Assembly (NCBI GenBank): GCA_040755995.1
Contig: JBFMAF010000036.1
Coordinates: 279,652-343,651 of the forward strand
From: Acidobacteriota bacterium
Lineage (GTDB): Bacteria; Acidobacteriota; CAIWXX01
Direction of reading: 5' to 3'
Length of the DNA stretch: 64,000 nt
In this document: in pieces, positions 30,971-40,922 of the stretch
Position numbering within the stretch: position 1 is the first letter of the stretch
Layout of the letters: each line of letters begins with the position of its first letter
Made by a program: the position numbers and the translations under genes
The notes under the pieces: generated by a model
Database searches by the model: none
The model's input: the letters and a program-made list of their open reading frames with translations, nothing else
What the model was told of the DNA's origin: nothing

Positions 30971-32998
30971 CTACAACCGCACCCGTTCCACGTAGGTGCC
31001 CAGCTCGTCCTTGAGCGTTGCACAAACCTCGCCGACGGAGGCATACGCAGAAACCGCCTCGAGGATCGGTGGCATGACGTTGTCGTGGGCTCGCGCCGCC
31101 TCACGCACTCGCCGCAGCAGACTCGCCACCGCCGCTCCGTCTCGCTCGCGCCTCACCCGTTCGAGCCGTGCGATCTGCCGCCGCGCCTCCTCTTCTCGAT
31201 ACGGGTGCATTTCCACAGGATGCGGCTGCTCCTCCTCGCGGCAACAATTCAGGCCGACCTTCTTGATGGCCCCACTGCGTATCTGTTTCTCGCGCTCATA
31301 GGCGCTGCGATTGACCGCAGCCTGCACGCGGCCGTCGGCGATCGCCGGGATGATCCCGCCCTGCGAGCTGATCTCTTCGAGAATCCTCTCGATCAGCGAT
31401 TCCATCTCGTTTGTCGTGGATTCGACAAACCACGACCCGGCGAGAGGGTCCACAGTGTCGCAGGCCCCTACCTCGTACATCAGGATCTGCATCGTACGCA
31501 GCGACAGACGCGCCGCGTGTTCGCTCGGGATCGTGTAAGCCTCGTCGTACGAGCACAGTGCCATCGTCTGCGTGCCGGAAAGGGCGCTGGCGAGGGCGTA
31601 GTAGGCGCCGCGCGCGATGTTGTTCTCGGGCTGCTCGATTGTGAGCCCGGCTCCGCCGCCGCCTGCGATCATGCGAAGCTGCATGGCGCGCGGGTCCTTC
31701 GCACCGTAGCGCTCGCGCAGGATCCGCGCGTAGAGCCGCCTTCCGGCGCGGAACTTCGCCACCTGCTCCCAGAGGTTTCCATGTATGTCGAAGTTGAAGG
31801 ATAGCCCCCGCGCCACTTCGTCAACCGCGAGCCCTCGCGACATCATGTGATCGACATAGGCGAAGGCGATCGCGAGCCCGTAGGCCATCTCTTGCGCCGG
31901 CGTCGCACCGGACTCGCGGATGTGGTAGCCGCACACGGACACCGGGTTGTAGTGAGGGACGTGCTCGGCGCAAAACGCGATCGTGTCGCCAACGAGCCGG
32001 ACGCTGTCTTCGACCGGGAAGATCCACGTGCCGCGCCCGACGAACTCCTTGAGGATGTCGTTTTGCGCCGTACCGCGAAGCTGACCGAGCTCGAAGCCGC
32101 GCTTCTTCGCCATCGCGAAAAACATCGCCATGATCGGCGCAGCGGCGCCGTTGATCGTGAGCGAGACGGTGGTGCGGTTGAGGTCGATTCCCTCGAACGC
32201 CTCCTCGATGTCGGCGAGCGTGTCCACTGCCATGCCGACCCGGCCGACTTCGCCCGCGGCCATGGGGTCGTCGGAATCGAGGCCGCATTGAGTCGGAAGA
32301 TCGAAGGCGACGTTGAGCCCCGTCTGCCCGTGCGCAATCAGGTACAGGAATCGTTCGTGCGTTTCCGCGGCCGTCCCGAAGCCGGAGTACTGCCGCATGG
32401 TCCAGGGGCGCTGGCGGTACATCAGCGGGTGGATGCCGCGAGTGAAGGGGTACTCGCCCGGAGCACCGATGCCGTTCCAGCCGCCACTGGCTTCGACATC
32501 GCTCGCCGCATAGACGGGCTTTATCTCGATGCCGGACTCCCATCGCACCTCGCGGGACTCGACACTCGTGCGCACGGCGGCGGCAACGGGCGCCGCGGCC
32601 CTGGCGGTTCGCCCTCGGATGAACGTCACGATATCTTCGAATGAAGCTCCTGTTGGAAAAACTGCGGCGACGCCGAGTTGCATGAGCGCCTCATGATCGC
32701 GCGGCGGCACGTTCCCGCCGACGATCAGGGTCGCGCAATCCATGATGCCTGCCGCGCGCAGCTCTTCCACCACACGCTCGCACAGCGGCACGTGGGCGCC
32801 CGAGAGAATCGAGAGGCCCACGACATCGACATCCTCGTCTCGCGCGGCGCGCGCAATAGCTTCGGGACTCTGGCGCAGCCCGGTGTAGATGACCTCCATG
32901 CCCGCGTCCATGAGGGCGCGGCAGATGAGCTTCGCGCCGACATCGTGCCCGTCCAGGCCGGGCTTGGCCACGAGCACGCGGACCGGCCGCTCGCTCAC
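30971..32998 (-). CDS. Adenosylcobalamin-dependent acyl-CoA mutase, B12-binding domain fused N-terminally to the catalytic barrel
   Basis: LDGHDVG and GLSILSG (B12 domain), then PGEYPFTRG, MRQYSGF, AFDLPTQ, QNDILKE, GYHIRE. Confidence 0.92.
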   Translation of the reverse strand: MSERPVRVLVAKPGLDGHDVGAKLICRALMDAGMEVIYTGLRQSPEAIARAARDEDVDVVGLSILSGAHVPLCERVVEELRAAGIMDCATLIVGGNVPPRDHEALMQLGVAAVFPTGASFEDIVTFIRGRTARAAAPVAAAVRTSVESREVRWESGIEIKPVYAASDVEASGGWNGIGAPGEYPFTRGIHPLMYRQRPWTMRQYSGFGTAAETHERFLYLIAHGQTGLNVAFDLPTQCGLDSDDPMAAGEVGRVGMAVDTLADIEEAFEGIDLNRTTVSLTINGAAAPIMAMFFAMAKKRGFELGQLRGTAQNDILKEFVGRGTWIFPVEDSVRLVGDTIAFCAEHVPHYNPVSVCGYHIRESGATPAQEMAYGLAIAFAYVDHMMSRGLAVDEVARGLSFNFDIHGNLWEQVAKFRAGRRLYARILRERYGAKDPRAMQLRMIAGGGGAGLTIEQPENNIARGAYYALASALSGTQTMALCSYDEAYTIPSEHAARLSLRTMQILMYEVGACDTVDPLAGSWFVESTTNEMESLIERILEEISSQGGIIPAIADGRVQAAVNRSAYEREKQIRSGAIKKVGLNCCREEEQPHPVEMHPYREEEARRQIARLERVRRERDGAAVASLLRRVREAARAHDNVMPPILEAVSAYASVGEVCATLKDELGTYVERVRL

Positions 32999-34113
32999 GG
33001 ATACAGCCCTCGCGCTATCGCGCCGCGCAGGATCTCGGATGTTCCTCCGCCGATGAGCGTGAAGCGCACGTCGCGCAGGTAGCGTTCGACGGGATACTCG
33101 CTCGCGAACCCGTAGCTCGCCATGACGCGGGCGGCGCGATCGCAGATGCGGAGCGCGGCCTCCGAGGCGAAGAGCTTCGCCATGGCTGCTTCATTTTCGT
33201 TGGGAAGCTTCTGGTCGCTTCTCCAGGCCGCCCAGTAGGTGAGCCTCCGCGCGGCTTCAAGATCGACGGTCATCTCGGCCAGGTGCTCCTGCACGGCCTG
33301 ATGATCCTTGATCGGTTTCCCGAACTGCTTCCGTACGGCTGCGTACGCCACGGCCTGTTCATGGGCCGCGGCGGCCACACCGAGTGCGAGCGCGGCGGTC
33401 ATGACGCGGATCTCGGCCAGCACCTCCCGGAGGTAGGTGCCGCCGGCGTCCCTTTCGCCGAGGAGGCACGTGGCCGGCGTGTCGTCAAAAGAGACCTCGG
33501 AAGTGAGCGACGCGCGCACGCCCATCTTGTCGATGTCCTTGCCGATCGACAGCCCGGGCGCCCCGGCTTCGACCAGAAATACCGAAAGGCTCTTCTCGCC
33601 CGTCTTCGCGAACACCGTGAACATCTGCGCCGCGCGGGCCGAGGTGACCCAGGTCTTGCAACCGGTCAAGCAAAAACGCCCATCACGCTCGACCGCGCGC
33701 GTCGTCATCGCCATGAGATCGCTGCCGGCGTCGGGCTCCGTCATGCAGATGGCGCCGACGATTTCGCCTCTAAGAGCTCCCGGCAGCAGCCGCGCGCGCA
33801 CCTCATCCTTTGCGAAACGCTGGACGAAAGTCGTCCCCATCAGTGACTGCAACGCGCAGGCAGCGGCTACAGAGAGGCTCCCGCGCGCGAGCTGCTCGAT
33901 GGCGAGGACGTACGACACCACGTCGGCGCCGCTCCCATCTGGCTCCGGGTACCGCATGCCGAAAAGCCCGAGCTCCCCGGCGCGCCGGAAAAGCTCGTTC
34001 GGGAAGCGCGGGTTGCGGTCGAGCTCCGCGGCGGCAGGGCGCACCTCGCGCTCGGCAAAAGCGCGAAACGCCTCCTGAACCGCCCGCAGCTCTGCGGTCA
34101 GAGCAAAGTCCAT
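32995..34113 (-). CDS. Acyl-CoA dehydrogenase
   Basis: MTEPDAGSD, KTWVT, KMGVRAS, RKQFGKPI, IGGGTSEI. Confidence 0.95.
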   Translation of the reverse strand: MDFALTAELRAVQEAFRAFAEREVRPAAAELDRNPRFPNELFRRAGELGLFGMRYPEPDGSGADVVSYVLAIEQLARGSLSVAAACALQSLMGTTFVQRFAKDEVRARLLPGALRGEIVGAICMTEPDAGSDLMAMTTRAVERDGRFCLTGCKTWVTSARAAQMFTVFAKTGEKSLSVFLVEAGAPGLSIGKDIDKMGVRASLTSEVSFDDTPATCLLGERDAGGTYLREVLAEIRVMTAALALGVAAAAHEQAVAYAAVRKQFGKPIKDHQAVQEHLAEMTVDLEAARRLTYWAAWRSDQKLPNENEAAMAKLFASEAALRICDRAARVMASYGFASEYPVERYLRDVRFTLIGGGTSEILRGAIARGLYP

Positions 34114-34172
34114 ATGTTGCCCATCTTCGCGAGCAGGCCGTTCATCGCAGGGAATTCCCGGACCACCGGTCC

Positions 34173-34211
34173 AGAGTAAAGCCTCCCGCAGCTTGTGTCA
34201 ATACTGTTGAC
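34173..34211 (-). promoter_or_regulatory. Putative sigma70 promoter of the acyl-CoA DH / mutase / Mo-enzyme operon
   Basis: Minus-strand TTGACA-N17-TACTCT (34201-34173); GTCAA-N5-TTGAC inverted repeat over the -35. Confidence 0.55.
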
Positions 34212-34380
34212 CATGTTGCAGCTTCCGGGTTTCGAGTGGGTGACCACTATGGGTTGTTGTCAGGAGACGCGAGTGCCGTTTCCCGGTACTTCTTTCGCTG
34301 CAAATAGGGCGCGCGCCGGGTTGCAACAGACGCGGAGACGCGGTGAGGGGGAGACGCGGAGACCCCGACGGAGGGCACGC

Positions 34381-34592
34381 GTTGCATCGCTGCCGACGCG
34401 GTAGATCGTTTCAACACCTAGCCCGCCGCGTTGGCGGCCGGCCCCGGCCGAGTCGCGCAGGTATTCGTGCTTGATCAGCGTGTGCGGCGTCATGTGCTCG
34501 AACATCTCGCAGTCCTGGTCCAGGACGCCGCCCGAGGCGTCTATCATCCCGATGTGGTCGTAGCCGTCGCAGTCGCGCATCGCGCCGGAGCC
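34381..34592 (-). pseudogene. Internal 212-bp fragment of hydantoinase B (copy 3)
   Basis: Colinear, ungapped copy of 49638-49849 with scattered substitutions. Confidence 0.92.
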
Positions 34593-34886
34593 AGGTTGGT
34601 CAGACAGGTGTGCATCCCTTCCGGATCCAGCGGCGCATCCCGGATCTTATCACGAAGGTTGCAGCGCAGCTCGATGCCGATCTTGCGGGCAACGTCGGGA
34701 TAGACTGGAATTCCTGTCAAGAAGGAGTGGCCGGCCGTACTCCTGGCTCAAGTTCCTTCTGTTCTGTCTCCTTCTGTTTCTCGTTCTGGCCACCGCGGCA
34801 AACATGTGCCTGGAATACCTGTTCGCCTGAGCTGGATCACAGCACTGCCGCCGGCGGTTCGTCTGAGAATTCCGACAGCCCGATTC

Positions 34887-35021
34887 CTACTGCGTCGATT
34901 CGGATTCGGGTGGTGGCGGCGGAACATTCTCAGGGGCCGGGGCCTGCCGCGCACGACACCCGGACAGGATCGAGACCGCCAATGTCATCACGATGAACAG
35001 CAAGGCCAGACGCTTTTTCAT
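34887..35021 (-). CDS. Small Pro-rich lipoprotein (44 aa)
   Basis: MKKRLALLFIVMTLAVSILSGCRARQAPAPENVPPPPPESESTQ; LSGC lipobox; GGAGGA RBS. Below the ORF-track length cutoff. Confidence 0.7.
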   Translation of the reverse strand: MKKRLALLFIVMTLAVSILSGCRARQAPAPENVPPPPPESESTQ

Positions 35022-35035
35022 TCTTTCCTCCACGA

Positions 35036-35398
35036 TCATTTTGTTAACTTATGATTCCTTCCCGCCGACCGGGTCAAAGTTACTGCGGCAGCCTGTTCGG
35101 ATCGATAAGTCTCCAATAGTTTGGGCGGCAAAGCAGTGATGGCGTCAACCTCGAACGGCGGATCCGGGTGCATGCCCGCAATCTGATTCAACTGCGTGAC
35201 TGCCAGGTTGATGCTGCTGCTGATCCTCTCGGAGTTTTCCGGAGTCACCCCCTGGATTTCGATGATCGTCATCGCCACGCCGATATTGCCCGCCGCATTG
35301 AAAACCAGCCGCTGCATCTCGTTTGCCGACGCGTGCTGCGCAAAAAACAGTAACAGCACCGCCCCAACTGTTGGAATCGACAAAATGCGTCTTTTCAT
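35036..35398 (-). CDS. Secreted hypothetical protein
   Basis: Signal peptide ending ASA; GGAGGGG RBS. Confidence 0.6.
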   Translation of the reverse strand: MKRRILSIPTVGAVLLLFFAQHASANEMQRLVFNAAGNIGVAMTIIEIQGVTPENSERISSSINLAVTQLNQIAGMHPDPPFEVDAITALPPKLLETYRSEQAAAVTLTRSAGRNHKLTK

Positions 35399-35438
35399 CC
35401 TCCCCTCCGGCGCGGTGATCCTGCACCGCGCAAGAGCT

Positions 35439-36365
35439 TTATTCTTTCACAAGCAACACCAGGTCCCGGCCCCATTGCCCGAAATCGGTGACAAGCCAGA
35501 CCTGAAAGGTGTAGGACCCCGGTTGTGCCGAACCAGGAATCGGGAATTGAATCTCGTGCGCGTGCAGGCCGTTCCCTTTCTGCAGGGCGTCCTTTCGCGG
35601 GTTCGTGAGAAGTGCATTGCCGTCGAAAAGAACCTGCAGGCGCACATTAACCGCGGTCTCCTGTGCAGAAGCGAGTCCCGCCACCTGGAACGAGAGTTTG
35701 ACCGTGACCTTTTCGCCTTTTCGAATCTCCGCGGGCTGTACTTCGGCGGCGACCAGTTCCACTTTCGGCTCGGACCCGGGTTGCGGAGGCGGCGGCGGGA
35801 CAACAGGCGGCGGGGCGCCGTCTCCGAACTTCTCGTCGGGTCTGGATTCCATCGCATCGGCCGTCACTTCGCCCTCCACTGTCGCAACATTGCGCAGCGC
35901 CTGCACGATCTTTTCCGGGCGGACGTCGGTGGAGGTCAGCTTGCGGCCGAAATGGATCTGAATGCGCGTTCCCAGCTCGAAGAGACGCTGCTTCTCCGCA
36001 TCTTTCCAGTCGTACGCAAACACGCTGCCGCCGCTGTTGACATTGAGCACGACGTTGTCCTTGCGCACTTCCACCTCGCGGATGGTAGCGCGCTCTCCGC
36101 GGAGCACCGAGGGCGGACCGATCCGGAGCGTCTTGAGATAGAACTCCCGGTCGTAGTCTCCGTTCCAGACCACCACGAGCGCTTCGGCTACCGGGAAATC
36201 GACCTTCGGAACGATGGCCTTTCCTGTGAGATACCGTTTCAGGTTTTCTTTCTCCGCCTCTGTTGCCAGACCCGCCTGCAGCAGGGAAGAAGACGACAGA
36301 ACAAGACAGAGAGCAGTCAGGGCGACGCTACACGCGGAAGAACCACGGAGTCCTTTGTTCGTCAT
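35439..36365 (-). CDS. Secreted hypothetical protein with Pro-rich linker and C-terminal Ig-like domain
   Basis: Signal peptide, PPPVVPPPPP, IPGSAQPGSYTF; ATGA overlap with the upstream gene. Confidence 0.7.
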   Translation of the reverse strand: MTNKGLRGSSACSVALTALCLVLSSSSLLQAGLATEAEKENLKRYLTGKAIVPKVDFPVAEALVVVWNGDYDREFYLKTLRIGPPSVLRGERATIREVEVRKDNVVLNVNSGGSVFAYDWKDAEKQRLFELGTRIQIHFGRKLTSTDVRPEKIVQALRNVATVEGEVTADAMESRPDEKFGDGAPPPVVPPPPPQPGSEPKVELVAAEVQPAEIRKGEKVTVKLSFQVAGLASAQETAVNVRLQVLFDGNALLTNPRKDALQKGNGLHAHEIQFPIPGSAQPGSYTFQVWLVTDFGQWGRDLVLLVKE

Positions 36366-39010
36366 TTCCGACTGCACAAGCTGTTTGCCCGGGCCTGAAT
36401 CTGGGCCTGGGTTCCCGTGGCGATCAGCTTCATGTTGGTGACCCGGGCATACTCCTGAGGTGTCATGCCATCGTCATCGCCATCGCCAAATCCCATGACC
36501 ATGTAGTTCTTGCAGCCCGCATCGTGCAGGAGCAGGCCCCAGGAGACGGGGTCCGGGGCGGAGACAGTGTTGATGGAGCAGCACTCCCCGGGGGACTGGC
36601 CTCCCGGAGGGGTTTCGCCTGTGCCGGTCGGGCCGGGCGCTGCAGGTGCAGGTGCGGACGGCTGACGCGTCATGGTCTTCTGGACTTGAGTCAGGATGTC
36701 GCGGATTTGGGCTGCGGCTTCCCTTCGACGGCGATCGCGCTCAGCGATCCTGTCCCGTTCGCTTGCCGAGGCGCCTCTGGTCTGCGCGTTTTCGATCTCC
36801 GCAATCATGTCCTTCGCCCTGGCGCGTTCGCAGGGGCCGCCCTCGATGCGGCGCAGCGAGCCGAGAGCCCCGTCGTAGTCATCGGTTTGAATCTGCGCGT
36901 AGGCCTGGCTGAGCATCTGTTCGGCAAACGCCTGCTTTTGGGCCAGGTTCCGCATCCGGGGCAGGTCCTTTGCGATGCGCGGGTCCGCGGGATGCAGGCC
37001 GGCGGCCTGTTCCATGAACTGGATGGCGCTTCGGTAATCGCAGGCCGGCGCATCGGCCAGCGCTTGCGCCGTGCGGATGAGCGCATCGGCCTGGGCCTGC
37101 CCGGCGGATGGCGGCGACGCGCCTCCGCCCTGCGACGAACCCCCGACAGTTGCCCCGCCGACTGCCGCTTCCCAGTCTGCGGCTCCGGCGGCGGGGGACC
37201 CGGTCCGATCCGGTGGCGCCTGTTGCAGGGATGCTGCAGCATCGGCGCACTTCCGGGCGTTGGCCGCGGCGTTGTTCGCGGGTTCCACGAGCAGTTCGGC
37301 GGCGTCCACCCAGGTGGTCGTTTCGGCGATCAGGCCGGCATCCCACTGCGGTTCCGCGATGCCGCTCAGGCCGGCGGAGACGGACTGCAGAAAGGCGGAA
37401 AGGGTGCGGACCCTGTTCGCATGAGCAGCGAGTGGATTCTCCAGCCCGGCGGCCAGAGAAGCGACGGTCGACGCGTGCGATTGAATCCGCGCGTAGAGGT
37501 TTTCGAACTCTTTGCGCAGCCCGGCTGCCTGTTGCGCGTCGGGATGCGTGGAGAGCAGCTTCAACCCCTCCTGCAGATAGCCGGCGCTCTCGTTCTGGAC
37601 GGCCCTGATCTCCTGGGCCATGGCCGAAATCTCTGCGATCTTGCCCTCCCCATCGACAATCGCCTCTTCCAGCGGCTTCAGGGCGGACGAGAGACGATTC
37701 GCTTCGGCACGGGCACTCCGCAATTCCTCGGAGAGAAGCGACCCGGAACCGGACATTTGATTCAACTGGGCCAGTGCCTGGTTTGCGCGGTTCCATTCAC
37801 TGTCTGCGATTCTCGCGTTCGACTCCGCCTCGGCGGCGGCCGACTGGATGAGAGGCAGAAGCCGGCTGCGCTCCGCCGCGTCGGCGGAGTTCTTCAGGGT
37901 CTCGGCAGAACTGCAGGCTTCCAGGGCTTTCTCCCGCGCAAGACCCCGTGCCGTCGCCACCCGGTTGCACGCGGCCTGGATCTCTGCCGAGGATTGGGCG
38001 GCCTGCCGGGGCAGTTGCCCGATTTCCGCTGCCCGGGCGTTGATCCGGGATACGGTGTCCTGAAGCGCCCGGGCTCCATGATCCAGGATCGCGATCGTCT
38101 GATCCCTTGCAGCCTGACTGCTGCTCATTCCCGATGCCGTCTGCTGCGCTTTCCCGGCAATCGACGCGGCTCGAGCTGCGGCATCGCGCATCTTCTGAAG
38201 GAGGTCGTCGACCGATACGCCGGCCTCCGCCGGGGGCACCGCCGGCGGAGTCCCGACTGCGGCCAGAAGCTCGCGGCAGCGATCCAGCTTCCACGCGTAG
38301 ATGTCGCGAAGCTTCTCGAAATCGGCCCGGATGCCGAGCTTCGCGTCCCAGCTTTGAACAAAACTCCGGCTGATTTGATAGTGCTTGTGCTGCACGCCGC
38401 ACGACGCGTCCTCAGTGTCCTGCCACGTGTATGGTCCGCTCAGATTCTGCTGGCCGCCCCCCTTCCATTTCTCCTCCAGGAAATCCCATCTCTTGACCAG
38501 GGACTCGCATGCCTTCGGATCTGTTGCCGAGGTGGCTTTGAATTGATCTTCGAACTTCACGAGCAAGCCCAACCAGGCGATTCTGGACTCCTGCAGATCC
38601 ATGTACGTTTCCTCGGGCCCGCATTCTTCGCCACCTTCCAGCCGGATGCGGTGGTGGACCGCCTCGTGCCACAGGCTGACAGGAGCCTCGGAAAGGTTGA
38701 TCGTCCGTACCACCAGCAGGTGGTTCTTCACCCCTCGCGGTAAGCGCGCCTCGGAAGGGTAGTACTTGCCTTGCACAAGCAGATCCGGATCCAGCTGGAT
38801 GTCGAGATCCGCGAAGAGATCGCCCCGCATGTCGGCCCTGGAGCCGGGATTCACGGCTTCGTAGAACAGGTAGGCCCGGTATCCGTCCAGAAAGTCCCCG
38901 AGGATGATTGCGACGGACGAATTGAGGCTGGTATCCTCGCCGGCCGCGGGGGATGTCGCGAAGAGCGGAAGCAACAACAGCGCGATCAGGCATGCGGGCT
39001 TTCGTTGCAC
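36362..39010 (-). CDS. Large secreted protein with HExxH motif, coiled-coil region and TPR-like segment
   Basis: Signal peptide; LWHEAVHH..EE; long Ala-rich helical region; AAGGAG RBS. Confidence 0.75.
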   Translation of the reverse strand: MQRKPACLIALLLLPLFATSPAAGEDTSLNSSVAIILGDFLDGYRAYLFYEAVNPGSRADMRGDLFADLDIQLDPDLLVQGKYYPSEARLPRGVKNHLLVVRTINLSEAPVSLWHEAVHHRIRLEGGEECGPEETYMDLQESRIAWLGLLVKFEDQFKATSATDPKACESLVKRWDFLEEKWKGGGQQNLSGPYTWQDTEDASCGVQHKHYQISRSFVQSWDAKLGIRADFEKLRDIYAWKLDRCRELLAAVGTPPAVPPAEAGVSVDDLLQKMRDAAARAASIAGKAQQTASGMSSSQAARDQTIAILDHGARALQDTVSRINARAAEIGQLPRQAAQSSAEIQAACNRVATARGLAREKALEACSSAETLKNSADAAERSRLLPLIQSAAAEAESNARIADSEWNRANQALAQLNQMSGSGSLLSEELRSARAEANRLSSALKPLEEAIVDGEGKIAEISAMAQEIRAVQNESAGYLQEGLKLLSTHPDAQQAAGLRKEFENLYARIQSHASTVASLAAGLENPLAAHANRVRTLSAFLQSVSAGLSGIAEPQWDAGLIAETTTWVDAAELLVEPANNAAANARKCADAAASLQQAPPDRTGSPAAGAADWEAAVGGATVGGSSQGGGASPPSAGQAQADALIRTAQALADAPACDYRSAIQFMEQAAGLHPADPRIAKDLPRMRNLAQKQAFAEQMLSQAYAQIQTDDYDGALGSLRRIEGGPCERARAKDMIAEIENAQTRGASASERDRIAERDRRRREAAAQIRDILTQVQKTMTRQPSAPAPAAPGPTGTGETPPGGQSPGECCSINTVSAPDPVSWGLLLHDAGCKNYMVMGFGDGDDDGMTPQEYARVTNMKLIATGTQAQIQARANSLCSRK

Positions 39011-39208
39011 GGCTCCTTTATATACGAATATGGTTCGCTGTCAAGAAAGAAACGCTGATGAGCCTCAGCGGCCCTGCGGTTGGTGGGTCAGTAGAACGTC
39101 CGAACGGCTGTCCATGTCGTATTGCGGACCGAGTCGGTTCGGGAGATAATTTGATCGAGACACTCGATTTCAGCTCTCCAGCGAGGGAGAGCCTACACGC
39201 TGCACTGG

Positions 39209-39335
39209 CTAGTAGCTCCGGTTCGCACGCAGGCGGGCGGTTTCTTCGGCGAGCACCTCGCAGGTGTCGGGATCGAGGGCCACGCCGTAGTGGCGGCGGG
39301 CGCTTTCGAGCGAAAGGATGCCGTCGCGGACTTCC
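39209..39335 (-). pseudogene. 3' tail of hydantoinase B (copy 2), fused in frame to a short hydrophobic ORF starting at 39454
   Basis: EVRDGILSLESARRHYGVALDPDTCEVLAEETARLR matches the C-terminus of 49283-51025. Confidence 0.88.
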
Positions 39336-39474
39336 CTGTCCATCTCCTCCGAATCAGGATTCCGCCATCCGGAGATGATCCCGTCGAGAGCCCCGCTCAC
39401 CAGGATCGCCAGGGCAAGAACGACGAGCGCAATGAACCGGACCATCGATCGCATGCGTGTGTGATATCACAATG

Positions 39475-39492
39475 TAGTTTGACGTCAAACTA
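39475..39492. promoter_or_regulatory. Perfect 18-bp palindrome, candidate operator
   Basis: TAGTTTGACGTCAAACTA between divergent ORFs. Confidence 0.5.
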
Positions 39493-39651
39493 ACTGGTCG
39501 ATGTGGTATCATGCGCAACTGTCAAGCAGCTACGGATGCCAAGAACCAACGACATCACCACCGGGCGCCCGCAAAGAGGTATCATGGCCCGGCGTCCGAC
39601 AGGAGGCAGCCCGGAGGTGTGGATCGTGTGCAATGCGCGGATGGGTGAGTC

Positions 39652-40743
39652 ATGTGGACCCAGGTGGTGATTCTGCTGGTCAGCCTGGCCGTACTGGCCG
39701 CCGGCGCTGAGGCGCTCGTGAGGGGGGCGTCACGGCTGGCGCTGAGCCTCGGCATATCGTCCCTCGTAGTCGGCCTGACGGTCATAGCTTACGGAACCAG
39801 TGCCCCAGAGATGCTGGTGAGCGTGCTGGCGGCGCTGCGTGGCAACGCCGACATCGCCGTGGCCAACGTAGTCGGCAGCAACCTCTTCAACACGCTGCTG
39901 ATCCTGGGCCTGTGCGCCATCGTACGTCCGCTTCTCGTGACCCCGCGGCTTCTCAGGCGCGACGTCCCAATCATGATCGGTGCCACCGTGCTGCTGGCGA
40001 CCGTGGCCGTCGACGGCCGCATAAGCCGGATCGAGGGCCTGTTGCTGGCCGCCGGCACCGCCGCCTATACGCTTTTCTGCATTCGGACGGCACGCGGGCG
40101 GGACCACCATGTTGAGCACGGCGGAGACGACCGTCGGGGCTCCGGCAGCAATCGGCTCAAGAATTGCGGGCTGGTGGTTGCCGGCCTCGTCATCATGATC
40201 CTCGGCGCCCGGTCGCTGGTATCAAGCGCGGTGGCCATCGCGCGAGCCGTTGGCGTGAGCGACCTCATCATAGGGCTCACGGTAGTCGCGGCGGGCACCT
40301 CGCTGCCCGAAGTCGCAACTTCGGTCGTCGCCACCCTGCGCGGCCAGCGTGACATCGCGATCGGCAACGTGATTGGAAGCAACATCAGCAATATCCTCGC
40401 GATCATCGGGATATCTGCGCTGATCGCCCCCGGGGGACTTCCCGTCGGCACGCAGCTGGTCCACTTCGACCTCCCCGTGTTACTGGCCGTATCGCTGATC
40501 TGCCTGCCGCTCATGATCACCGGGCGGCTCTTTGCGCGCTGGGAGGGGGCGTTGTTCCTCAGCTACTACCTGCTCTATTCCGTCTACGTGGCGCGATACG
40601 CTACCGGTCACGTCCAACTCGGGCTTATCGCCAATCTCACGGCGGCGGTGGTGGTTCCGCTGTCCGCTGCCGCCCTCTTTATCGAGGTCTTCCGCGCGAT
40701 CGTATCGCGCAAGAAGGCCCAGCAGGCTCGCACCGTCCAATGA
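39652..40743 (+). CDS. Calcium/sodium antiporter (YrbG family)
   Basis: Two alpha repeats: GTSAPE/GSNLFN and GTSLPE/GSNISN. Confidence 0.93.
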   Translation: MWTQVVILLVSLAVLAAGAEALVRGASRLALSLGISSLVVGLTVIAYGTSAPEMLVSVLAALRGNADIAVANVVGSNLFNTLLILGLCAIVRPLLVTPRLLRRDVPIMIGATVLLATVAVDGRISRIEGLLLAAGTAAYTLFCIRTARGRDHHVEHGGDDRRGSGSNRLKNCGLVVAGLVIMILGARSLVSSAVAIARAVGVSDLIIGLTVVAAGTSLPEVATSVVATLRGQRDIAIGNVIGSNISNILAIIGISALIAPGGLPVGTQLVHFDLPVLLAVSLICLPLMITGRLFARWEGALFLSYYLLYSVYVARYATGHVQLGLIANLTAAVVVPLSAAALFIEVFRAIVSRKKAQQARTVQ

Positions 40744-40886
40744 GCCTCGCCAGGACCGCTGCGGCAGGAGCCCTTGCTCCGCCACCGAGCCGGCCCCGGC
40801 GTCAACCGATCACGACGGCCCGATGGCCCACCAGCGATCCACAGACTGACCGGTCCCACGGCATTATTGAAATCTCATAGCTCAGC

Positions 40887-40916
40887 CTTGAAATTTCAAG
40901 ATTGAACCGCTAGATT
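40887..40916 (+). promoter_or_regulatory. Putative leaderless promoter with a 14-bp palindrome over the -35
   Basis: CTTGAAATTTCAAG; TTGAAA-N17-TAGATT, 6 nt before ATG 40923. Confidence 0.5.
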
Positions 40917-40922
40917 GTCTGC

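Noticed and set aside
34114..34330. Cobalamin riboswitch ahead of the mutase operon
   Set aside because: The leader after the predicted promoter is only about 55 nt and no B12-box is recognisable.
36263..38743. 826-aa plus-strand ORF and similar long antisense ORFs (e.g. 26773-28125, 49811-51184, 62256-63392)
   Set aside because: Shadow ORFs of GC-rich genes on the opposite strand, with no motifs.
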